A program made the position numbers and the translations under genes. A DNA stretch of 64,000 nucleotides from Naegleria gruberi. Its lineage: Eukaryota. The notes below the pieces were generated by a model. That model saw nothing but the letters and a program-made list of their open reading frames with translations. It was not told the DNA's origin and did no database searches. Of the stretch, positions 19,761 through 29,735 are shown one piece after another. The stretch lies in assembly GCA_000004985.1 (NCBI GenBank), contig GG738847.1. The stretch is one strand, 5' to 3'. Within the stretch, counting starts at the first letter, position 1. Each line of letters starts with the position of its first letter.

Positions 19761-20937
19761 TTAAACAGTTTTTTGATAAAAGTCATCCTTTCCATTATCA
19801 TTCTTATTCCATCCAATAACTGTCGATTTAGATTCGGTAGGTAGCACAAGTCCCTCAATGTTAGTATCGACTGGAACATCCAATCCAAGAATCTTTCTAG
19901 CTTGCTCTGCAGTTGCTACTGGTCTTTCGTTTTCCTCACATAATTGAGCTAAATGCTCAACGAGTTGTCTATTATTTTTGGCAATTACTCTTCTCTTGAT
20001 AAGGAAACTGTCCTCAAATCCTGTTCTTGGATGTCCTCCCAATTCCAATGTAATTTTCTGGAATTCAGTATGATTCCATCCTACACCAACACCACACCAC
20101 GTGTAATTTCCTGGTCCAAATAGGCTGTCACATTCTGAAATTAAAAACTTGATAAGAGAGGGTCTACCAGGCATGGCCATATAACCTCCAAATACGAACA
20201 TTAATCGGACTGGGCCTTGAATCCACCCAAGCTTGTACATCATGTGAGTTCTATACAGCATGGAGGCATCAAAGATGGCAACATCAGGTCTGACACCATT
20301 CTGCTTGAATACCTTAATAATTTGTTCAAGATCTTCATTAGTATTCCAATAAATGTCTGTACTCTTTCTAGAAGGTAACTATTTAAAACAAATAATACCA
20401 CCATTGATTAATAAACTCCAAAATAATTATTAAAAAACTTACAAAATTAACAGAACCAGGAGTCCAAGATCCCATCTCTGGTTTCTTATCCAAAGTGAAA
20501 CATTTCACTCTCTCCTCCAAGTTTGGCCAATAATTTCCAGTAGAAAATTGTAAAATCATATCAGGACAATCTCTCCTCACTCCTTCCAATACTCTTTCAT
20601 AATATTCAGCCTTACATGTTGGTTTTCCTTCATCATCCCTCACATGAACATGAATCATTCGAGCACCAGCCTCAAATACCTCACAAGCATCATGAACAAT
20701 CTCTTCAGGTGTAATCGGAACATTCATGTGTTTATTCTTTGTTGGTACATCACCCGTTAATGCTGCTGTAATCACTGCAGGAAGTTTGGAATAATTTCTT
20801 TTCAAATTCTTATCCAAATCATCATTAAGAGAAAATTTAATTGATGATGACGATGAAGATGACGGAATGGATAACAACCAATGAGAATTGATCTTTTTCA
20901 AAGGTGAGCAAATTACCCTCCTACTGATATTGATCAT
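19761..20937 (-). CDS. 3-keto-5-aminohexanoate cleavage enzyme family (BKACE/DUF849) protein. Two exons: 20443..20937 and 19761..20378.
   Basis: Signature PEEIVHDACEVFEAGARMIHVHVRDDEGKPT...ILQFSTG. A 64-nt intron (GTAAGT...AAATAG, 20379..20442) joins ...GSVNF to LPSRKSTDIYWNTNEDLEQIIKVFKQNGVRPDVAIFDASMLYRT. The N-terminus looks like an organellar targeting extension. Confidence 0.75.
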
Positions 20938-21135
20938 TTTTTTTTGTATTTTTTTATTTTTAAAATCAATTTCGTGTTCTTCACAAGTTCATAGTTATAT
21001 TAAATAGTGTTACAATACTGCAAGATTATACAATTTAATAGAAAATTACGTGTCCAACTCCATCTTTATTGGTTCTAATAAGAATCTGATGACTTGCTAT
21101 CCTTTTGCTTTGTTTACAATTTTCTTCAGAAAAAA

Positions 21136-22530
21136 ATGAAAAGATTTGGAGGAGGGATTGTTGCAGCTGGCTTACTGAAGAGTAATACTCTCACCTCAGC
21201 TAGGAATTGTAGAATGAAGAGTTTCGGAAAAAAGTCAAATAATATTATTAACAATAATAATGAATTGATGATGATGGCGAATAATTTCCAAAGACAATCA
21301 TTTCATTCTTCATTGTCTCATCATTATGCTAATCAAATATCCGATCAAATCAATGATGATCAAATGATAAAGAAAAATGGAAAAATTAAAATGATGGCCG
21401 AGATGATGTTGAATAAGAAGGGACAATTGAATGAAATGCTGGGAGTTAAAATTACAAAATTGAATATGGTGTTGAAGGAGGATCGATCAAATATTGATGA
21501 ATTGTTTGTGGAAATGTCCATGAAATTGAGTGATGTTCATATGAATGCTATTGGATTGGTTCATGGAGGTTCATTTGCAACATTGTGTGATACTGCTATT
21601 GGAACTGGTGCCTTGATTTTTGCAACACAATATTTGAAGGGAAGTGGAATGGTTGTATTGGATAATTTTAATCAATTCTTGAAGAGTGCAAGTGTTGGTG
21701 ATGAGCTTGTGGTTGTGGCAAAGCCATTGCATTTGGGAAAGTCGACACAATCATGGGAAGCTACTGTTTATTTGGGAAGCCCACCGAATGGTAAAAAGAT
21801 TGCTCTTTCAAGATCTACAATTTTGAATAAGGTAACCAGTGAGAGTGCTCAACAAAGCGAGACAGCAACATCCAATAGCAATGCTTCCAAAAAGTTGACA
21901 CCTGAAAATTTAAACAAACTTGGAAAGAATTTCAATATTGAAACCATGAGCAAGCAAGAAATTGCTGCCAAGTTTGACAAACATAGTGAGCAGTGGGAAT
22001 TTCTTACCTCAGTCTCTGATTATCAAAAGAATATGATTAGTTGGGTTGTCAATGAGTTGAAGCAATATGCTGATCAACAATTATCTTCTCCTCAATTCGC
22101 GAATGAAACATTCAAAGTTCTTGATTTGGCAACAGGAAATGGTCTTATTGGAAGATCAATTAATAATATAATTAGTCCACGTGTAAAGAAATTGGAAATG
22201 ACTGGTCTCGATCTCTCACAAGGAATGCTTAAAAAAGCAAAGGAATGGAATATTTACTCAAATTTATTTGTTCATGATTTGGATCAACCAATTAACAATC
22301 TCTCAACCAATGAATCATTCGATTTTATCACTTGCTTTGCAGTTAGTGAAATGTTAACAGATGTTGATAAGGTATTGCTGAGTGAAGTATCACGTCTCTT
22401 ATCAAGGAAACCTCATGCTCAGTGCTGGATTTCCTTCCAACTCAAAGATGAAGATGCCATTGCAACCGATCACCAAGGAATGAGAACCTATAATCTCTCT
22501 CAATTAAGCTTCCATGCTACAACAAAATAA
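21136..22530 (+). CDS. Fusion of a hotdog-fold thioesterase (PaaI/4HBT-like) and a class I SAM-dependent methyltransferase.
   Basis: Thioesterase motif NAIGLVHGGSFATLCDTAIGTGALIFA is followed by VLDLATGNGLIGRS...MTGLDLSQGMLKKA...FDFITCFAV (methyltransferase motifs I-III). First real ATG is at 21136; the track start at 21094 is TTG. Confidence 0.7.
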   Translation: MKRFGGGIVAAGLLKSNTLTSARNCRMKSFGKKSNNIINNNNELMMMANNFQRQSFHSSLSHHYANQISDQINDDQMIKKNGKIKMMAEMMLNKKGQLNEMLGVKITKLNMVLKEDRSNIDELFVEMSMKLSDVHMNAIGLVHGGSFATLCDTAIGTGALIFATQYLKGSGMVVLDNFNQFLKSASVGDELVVVAKPLHLGKSTQSWEATVYLGSPPNGKKIALSRSTILNKVTSESAQQSETATSNSNASKKLTPENLNKLGKNFNIETMSKQEIAAKFDKHSEQWEFLTSVSDYQKNMISWVVNELKQYADQQLSSPQFANETFKVLDLATGNGLIGRSINNIISPRVKKLEMTGLDLSQGMLKKAKEWNIYSNLFVHDLDQPINNLSTNESFDFITCFAVSEMLTDVDKVLLSEVSRLLSRKPHAQCWISFQLKDEDAIATDHQGMRTYNLSQLSFHATTK

Positions 22531-23136
22531 TTTGAAAATCCTCTCTCACTCAATCATTCCAAATGCATACTATCTTCCTTCGACAGATTCCAACATTAGC
22601 ACAGCTCAACGTGTTCCCTATATCATTGTAAAGTGTACTCACAATTAATATAATTTAATGTAAATATTTTATTCATTTTTTTGAACCAAAACCTAAAAGA
22701 ATTGTCTGTCATGATTGACCAATGCATGAACAATACTAACACAGCAAGTGGGATTACAACAAGTGACAAAACTTTCACGGAGATGTCCAATTCGTAGAGT
22801 AGAATTGGAGAGGCTTATGAACAGCTGATCTTGGTCCAAATCATACTCCTGATTAACTTGACATTATTCCCAGCATGATGTCCAAAATCGAGTTGAGTAA
22901 AATTTGACAACCAAAATCTCAACTTGTTGTAATTCTTTTTTCAAACCAACCAACCAAAAACCACACACCCTATTACAACTTCATGATGACCTTTCCAAGT
23001 TGACCCTTTTTAATCTCATTGTAAAATGCATTCCAATTATTGAATTGACACGTTTGACGAAAAAGTTCCAAAAGGCAACAATTTTCACCAAAAAAGTTCC
23101 AATCGTGCAACTTTCATAAAAATAAAAACAAAAAAA

Positions 23137-24240
23137 ATGCAACAACACATTTCAACTGCTGCCGTTTCCTCCTCATCACCAGCATCAGCAAATACATCTT
23201 CATTGAGTGGTGGTTTGAATCAGCTGCAGGGAGCCACCGGTGTTATGGGTGTTATGGGAAGGAGGCTATCTCTGAAAAGTTGTTCATCGGACTCGTCGAA
23301 TAATAGATTTTCGCAACAATTGGAGACGGAAGAAAAGGACAAGATTGAAAAATGGAAAGATAATTTGGAACACGAAAATCATATTTGTCCAATAAGTCAT
23401 ACATTGATGGTTGATCCTGTTGTTTTGGCTGATAGTGGAATTACGTATGAGAGAAGTTCGATTGAAAAGTGGTTGGAAAAGAGTAGAACTTGTCCGATTA
23501 GTAAGAAACGACTTGCTGGCAATGTGAATCAACTGATTCCTAATTATAGTACGAAGAATTTGATAGAGCAGGCTAAGGAAAAGTATTGTAACAAGTTGAT
23601 TGGCTTGTTGGAACAAAAGTTGGAGGACAAGAAAGGGATTGCTGATTGTCTTGATTTGATTGATAGTGATCTGTTGATTTATGTAGATAAGAATGAGAAG
23701 AGAACCATGTGGGAAAAGATCATGCTCATCAAGTTGAGAATGATGGTTCTGAAACGTGATTTGGAAATGTCGGGAAATCTTGATGAATGGTTCAACAAGT
23801 TGGAATATGAATTGTTGGAATCGACACATTTGATCATTAGAGAGGATTCATCAGCAATTTTTTCATTCGATAGTCATCAATTTAAATCTGTTAAACATAT
23901 GCTTGATCAATTAGAAACCAAATATGATACTACTCATGCACTGGCCTACCAACAAATTAAGAAACATCTCGATGAGGAGAATAAGAAACGAGAGGAATTT
24001 GAATACCGATACAGAATGAAACAATTCCAAAAAGCCAAACAAAAGGAGGAACGAAAAGTAAGGAGAGAAAGAGAGGCTGCCCTTCAAACAGCCAACAATG
24101 CTCAATCTGCCACAGAGGAACTTTCCACAACCCAATGGTTAGCTATGGGAGCAGGAATTTTAGGTGCTGGTGCTCTGATTGCTGTTGGATTATTCTCTGC
24201 ATTTAGCTCAGCATCTGGAAGAAATGATAGGAGAAAGTAG
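23137..24240 (+). CDS. U-box domain E3 ubiquitin ligase-like protein with a coiled coil and a C-terminal transmembrane anchor.
   Basis: U-box motif CPISHTLMVDPVVLADSGITYERSSIEKWLEKSRTCPISKKRL. The C-terminal hydrophobic segment is WLAMGAGILGAGALIAVGLFSAF. Confidence 0.7.
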   Translation: MQQHISTAAVSSSSPASANTSSLSGGLNQLQGATGVMGVMGRRLSLKSCSSDSSNNRFSQQLETEEKDKIEKWKDNLEHENHICPISHTLMVDPVVLADSGITYERSSIEKWLEKSRTCPISKKRLAGNVNQLIPNYSTKNLIEQAKEKYCNKLIGLLEQKLEDKKGIADCLDLIDSDLLIYVDKNEKRTMWEKIMLIKLRMMVLKRDLEMSGNLDEWFNKLEYELLESTHLIIREDSSAIFSFDSHQFKSVKHMLDQLETKYDTTHALAYQQIKKHLDEENKKREEFEYRYRMKQFQKAKQKEERKVRREREAALQTANNAQSATEELSTTQWLAMGAGILGAGALIAVGLFSAFSSASGRNDRRK

Positions 24241-24470
24241 AGATTTTGTAAATAACAATTCATTGTAAATAATAGAAAAGGAAAATTGTAAATAATATAT
24301 TGATCTAACTTGAAAGTGTATAATAAAATACTATATTTTGGAAAGTTAAATCACATCCAAGATGAATTAATGTTAAGGAAAGCTTCAATCCTTAACATCA
24401 ATTTCAATTCACTTAATAATGGATTCTCTCATTCTGAATATTCTCCACATTCAAAATAATCCAATTAAAA

Positions 24471-25496
24471 TTATTTAAAGGAAATATCCACCAAAAAGCA
24501 ATTCCTAGCCAACTTGAATAACTTGTTACAAAACCATGATAAATACGCTCCAGAAGGAGGATATTTAAAGACGAGAATTCTCTCTTGTTCAGAGCAGTAC
24601 AATTCCCCTCTCTTACTATCATAATGAATAATTGATTTCACCTTATTATCAAAATGAATCAGTGATGAACTATTCATTGAGCTTGTGAACGTTCGTTCAA
24701 TTATATTGTATAGACTCCTATAAATAAATTTGTTCTTTTCCAATAACTCTGTAATGTGACTAATCCTGCAATGACATCCTCTAATATCCCATTCATCAAA
24801 AGTAGTAAAGATTTTCAATGAATTTTCAATTGTGAAAAATTGATTATCTTTTGGAAAGTTCTTGTGAAATGCTCTAATGTAGGTGTATCTTGCATTATCA
24901 GCAAAAGTAATATAGAAATAGTCCTTAGTGGCATAAAACGAAAAAATTCCAAATGATTGTGGAATGTTATTGAAATCGAACACACCCAACAATTTGCCAC
25001 TATCAAAATCAAACACACCCACCTGCCCTCTCGGTTTTCCATTAATATTAAACATGGAATAAACTCTTCCTTCTCCATCACACGAAAGAGAATGACTAAA
25101 CTCTACCGAAACACTCTGCTTTTCACTCACAACTCTCCAACTAGCCAATCGATATGAAGAATTTAAACTTCTTCCCAATGGAATTTTAGTCATAATTCTT
25201 TTCATTTGATATTCGAGGAGGAGAATGGCTTCATCAGGTCTCGTTTCATCCACAGCAATACTAATAGCTCGGAATTGTGAGGATGATTGATCAATGTATT
25301 CCATCCATACGGAAACAGAGAATCCAATCACATATTTGAGAGAGCACGATATCAAATCGTAAATGTTAATCTTGTTATTTGTTTGATCAATGATGATTAA
25401 TTCGTTCCGAGAGGAATTCACTTGAGCCTTCTCTGCGGAGCAATTTAATGTTTTGGAAAAGAAGAGTTGAAGTTGAAGTTGTTGTTGTTTGTACAT
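24471..25496 (-). CDS. Hypothetical protein, 341 aa, possibly beta-rich.
   Basis: Single ORF. No recognisable motifs. Confidence 0.45.
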   Translation of the reverse strand: MYKQQQLQLQLFFSKTLNCSAEKAQVNSSRNELIIIDQTNNKINIYDLISCSLKYVIGFSVSVWMEYIDQSSSQFRAISIAVDETRPDEAILLLEYQMKRIMTKIPLGRSLNSSYRLASWRVVSEKQSVSVEFSHSLSCDGEGRVYSMFNINGKPRGQVGVFDFDSGKLLGVFDFNNIPQSFGIFSFYATKDYFYITFADNARYTYIRAFHKNFPKDNQFFTIENSLKIFTTFDEWDIRGCHCRISHITELLEKNKFIYRSLYNIIERTFTSSMNSSSLIHFDNKVKSIIHYDSKRGELYCSEQERILVFKYPPSGAYLSWFCNKLFKLARNCFLVDISFK

Positions 25497-27809
25497 TTTT
25501 CTTAAAGAATTAATTATATTAATATTATAATAGTATTGAAGTTGTCGGTCTCTGTACTAGAAACATTTCTAAATACGTTTTTTAATCATAATAAAGTCTT
25601 TAAAGTTTCATCAGTTACTTCAGATTCATTTGCTGATTTACTTGCTTTGAAGTAAATCACCTTACTTGTTGGTATCCTACATTGACTGTTCTCTAATAAA
25701 TCCTAAATGTTCCAAATAATTATAATATGGTTAAGGTTCAAGAATAAAATATTGGGAAAGAGTTTGTGTTCTTGATTGTTATAACAATACAGATTGTGAA
25801 AATGTTGTGGTGGTGTTGAACTTTCTTATCCAAATAGTGGTCCATCGTATGTTAAATATACCAACCAGACGTCTTCCAATACCTTCCGTACTTATACCAG
25901 ATTGTTTAATCAATGATGATTGTATTGAAAGTGGTTTATCATCAGGTAGAAGTGAATGTATCAATCAAGTTTGTTCTGTTAAAACTTGTGCATCCAATAG
26001 TGATTGTTACAGCTGATTGTGGAACAAATTCTTCATTTTCTGAATAAATCAATTGATTTCCATATTCTCCCAAGTGGATATTAGTGTATAATATCTTTGT
26101 GGATGTTTCTAGAAATATGTTATCACATCCTAACAAGATCAAGAAGTCAGATAATGATGGAGGATATGAGGAAGTGTTTAACCTTAGCTTGAAGTGATGT
26201 GTCTTATAGTATTCGAATAGCAACTTGTAGAGTTGTTTGATTTCAATCTTAAAACTGTATTTCTGAATTTGACCAATAGCAGTTGCAAGTGGAACCAATT
26301 AAATAATTTCGTTCATCAGAGTCATGTATTTAGGATGATATTTGTCATATCTGTCCACAAAGAATTTGGTAACATTTCATTGGAAAATGAGGCAGCAATT
26401 CGAGAGTTACATGAAAGAATTTCAGAATAGAAGTTCACCTCTCTTTGTGATAGATTCCAAATTTTGATTAACCTTTTCAATATAAATATCTATCAAGAGA
26501 GCTAGCAAAACACAAAATGCCATGATATTGAGAATGAGAATAGTCACAACTAGACATTTAGTGTTGGACATAGAAACTGAACCACAACATGCATTCACCT
26601 CAATACCTCCAGTTCCATCACGAGATGCATTGAAACGTTTTCTAATAGTAATTGTTGTGGGATTCGAAGAATGAGCAGGTGAAAAGGATGATGCTTTGGA
26701 AATTCTTCTTAATATCCATAAAAAGGAGGATTATGATTCTGGCCTACACCAATAAAATTCGAACTGAAGTTGAGAAAGGATACTCAAACCAATGATAGCA
26801 AAACATTGGCTTGTTTGATTCTCATTTGTTGTGTTGTTTGATGGTCTTGCCAGTTGTTATTTCATTGGTGACCTCGTTCAGTAGAGAAAAGCAAGAACGT
26901 GGCAAATTAGAAGAGCTCCTCTGGAAAGAATTGCAGAATTTTTGCAATATTAGTATTGGAAAGAGAATGACATTTCACCAATTCCACTTAAAATGATATC
27001 TCCTGAGTACTGCTGCTTGATGTTGAAATGAAGCTTTAGTGTAATTCAGGTAGTTGAGCATATCTTAATCTTGCAACAATACCAGTACCTGGTTTATGTT
27101 AAATGTTGGTATAAAGGTAGAATTAATTGTTTTAGGATATGAACAATTATGTTTCAAGCTAACATCATTATTGGATTTGTGCAATAATTGTAGGTGATGA
27201 GGTTGAAACTTTTCCCAAACTACTCTTGATGGTTGGTGGAGTATTTTGTTGTTGGTAATTTAAATTTTTGTTAACAATATCAACAACAACAACCTTGAAA
27301 CAACAATCCAACAACAATTATTACGATTTTCACGAATAGATTCAAAAATGTTTAAACCTAGAGTGTCGAGTAATCACATATGGACTCTCACCAGTGAACT
27401 CTCATCATAATCTTCTTACAATAAATATAAGGTTTGGTGATGTTGTGCATGATGTTCCGTGTAGTTGTGTTGCTGTGGTTGGTCTCATCATATTTTTGAA
27501 AAAGAGGTATTTTTTATAAAATAATAAATAATTAAAATATGTGATGAAAACTGTAAATTACGATTTTATGAAAAAAATAACAAAATTAAAGCGTATTATC
27601 ATATTCATATGTAGAATTATTTCGGAATGGTGTTAGTGGTGTTAGTGGTGTTGTGGAACAACGAACAGTAATTGTTATCATTGATAGGATTGCTACCATC
27701 CTTTAGTATTAAAACGTGATAGAATGTGTTCTTCAGTGTGTTGGTCATGTAATACCATCACGTTTCAAAAAACAAAAACAAAAAAATTCCTTTAAACATT
27801 GTTTGAACA

Positions 27810-29279
27810 ATGCTTGCACCACAGAAACGAGTTAGTGATTTTGGAGATGGTGGACAAATAGATCAAGTTCAAGTTGAAGAAACCACACCAAATCTTATAA
27901 CTTCCATCATACGATTGAAACAATTTCGCATCAAAGGACGATCATTTGAATTTCAAGAAGTGTTCGAAAATCCAAAAAGTGATACTTTGGTTTGTAAATG
28001 TTTGGGTGATGATGGACATGAATACGTTGTTAAAATTATTAAACTAATTGATGGAATATTTCCAAGTAATGATCCAAATGATACTTATTCAGATGGTTAT
28101 CAAGTAGGAGAATGGAGATTTGCTGAAACTGTGAAACAGTTGTTCGATTCTAGTGTGGTAACTTATGAGGTTTCGGAACTAATTGGTGAAGAAATTGTAC
28201 TTGTATCAGAATACAGAGGAATGGATATGAAAAAATATGGAAAGAACAAATCAGGAAAATTGTTTTTATGTGAAGCGATTCAAATTTTAATTAGAATTGC
28301 TAATGCATTATGCCAACTCTATAAGCATAATATAATTCATAGTGATATCAAACCTGCAAATATCTTTATTACTTTTGAGCCAACCAGTTATTCATTTGAT
28401 GTCATTGATGCTACATTGGGTGATTTGGGAATAGCCAGAACTGTTTTATCAAAAGGTCAGCCAATTTATTCATCTAATATATTTTCTACTCCTGATACTG
28501 CACACACATACTTAACACAGCACGGAACATGTGGTTATATTGCACCAGAATGTTTTAAAGGAGAACAATGTTTATTAAGTGCTGTGAAAAAAAATGGCTT
28601 CGCATTTGAATTTGTTGATGAATTATTAAGAAAAGATAGAGAAATTGTATTGGAAGCAGTTAAACAAAATGGATATGCACTTGAATATGCTGATAGGTCA
28701 TTTAGAAAAGATAGAGAAATTGTACTGGAAGCAGTTAAACAAAATGGACGTGCACTTGAATTTGTTGATGAATCATTAAGAAAAGATAGAGATATTGTAT
28801 TGGAAGCAGTTAAACAAAATGTCTGGGCACTTGAATGTGCTGATGAATCATTAAGAAAAGATAGAGAAATTGTATTGGAAGTAGTTAAATGAGATGGACG
28901 CGAACTTTGCTATGTTGATAAGTTATTAAGAAAAGATAGAGAAATTGTATTGGAAGCAGTTAAACAAAATGGCTGGGCACTTGAACATGTTGATAAATCA
29001 TTAAGAAAAGATAGAGAATTTGTATTGGAAGCAGTTAAACAAAATGGACGTGCACTTGAATATGCTGATGAATCATTGAGAAAAGATAGAGAATTTGTAT
29101 TGGAAGCAGTTAAACAAAATGGACATGCATTTGAATATGTTGATAAATCATTAAGAAAAGATAGAGAATTTGTATTGAAAGCAGTTAAACAAAATGGATG
29201 TGTATTTGAATATGTTGATGAGTCATTAAGAGAAATTATATTAGAAGCTGTCGTTAATGCTGAAACACAGAAATTATGA
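27810..29279 (+). CDS. Protein kinase with a C-terminal array of DUF4116-like 25-aa repeats. The reading frame carries an in-frame TGA at 28890..28892.
   Basis: Kinase motifs HSDIKPANIFI, DLGIAR and GTCGYIAPE. About nine repeats of the form REIVLEAVKQNGxALEYxDESLRKD follow. The same frame continues after the TGA for another 129 codons of repeats. Confidence 0.65.
28573..29250 (+). repeat. Coding tandem repeat with 75-bp period and about nine copies, near-identical at nucleotide level.
   Basis: The unit gaagcagttaaacaaaatgg...ttaagaaaagatagagaaattgtattg recurs directly. Confidence 0.8.
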
Positions 29280-29735
29280 AGTGTATCATTCATAAATATC
29301 AATTCTGCATAAAGTAAGACCCATCTAAAGCAATTCGTCGCCCAATTCTTTCAATTCTCTGGAGTGGATTGTTGCAAATAATAAGAAAAGATAGCACTCA
29401 ATTTAAGTTCATCAACTGTTGTTAAACTGATATCAATTTCGAGTATTTTCAATAATATTCAAAGAAAGTTATCAACCATTTCGTTTGTTGAATAGAAATA
29501 GGAAGAAATAGTCTTTATCAAGTTGATGAATTTCTCAAATACAAGCATGCTAAATTAACAGAAACATGTCAATAATTCATCATTCGAAACAAAACTAATG
29601 AAATAAACAACCACTCGGAGATTTAAGAAATAAAATCTCATTGGCACTTTCAACTAAACCAACATGCACTTGTTTTTGCCTAAATTTGGAAATTTTAAAA
29701 GACAAATTTTTTAAAAAGAAAGCCAAGACGAAACT

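Noticed and set aside
28573-29250. Regular 75-bp direct repeats that could superficially resemble a CRISPR array
   Set aside because: There are no spacers (units are contiguous), the repeats are in-frame protein-coding (DUF4116-like), and the genome is eukaryotic with spliceosomal introns.
28910-29302. 130-aa minus-strand ORF antisense to the DUF4116 repeat array, and a 181-aa antisense ORF at 23284..23829 inside the U-box gene
   Set aside because: Both are repeat or antisense artefacts lacking any motif, embedded in well-supported sense genes.
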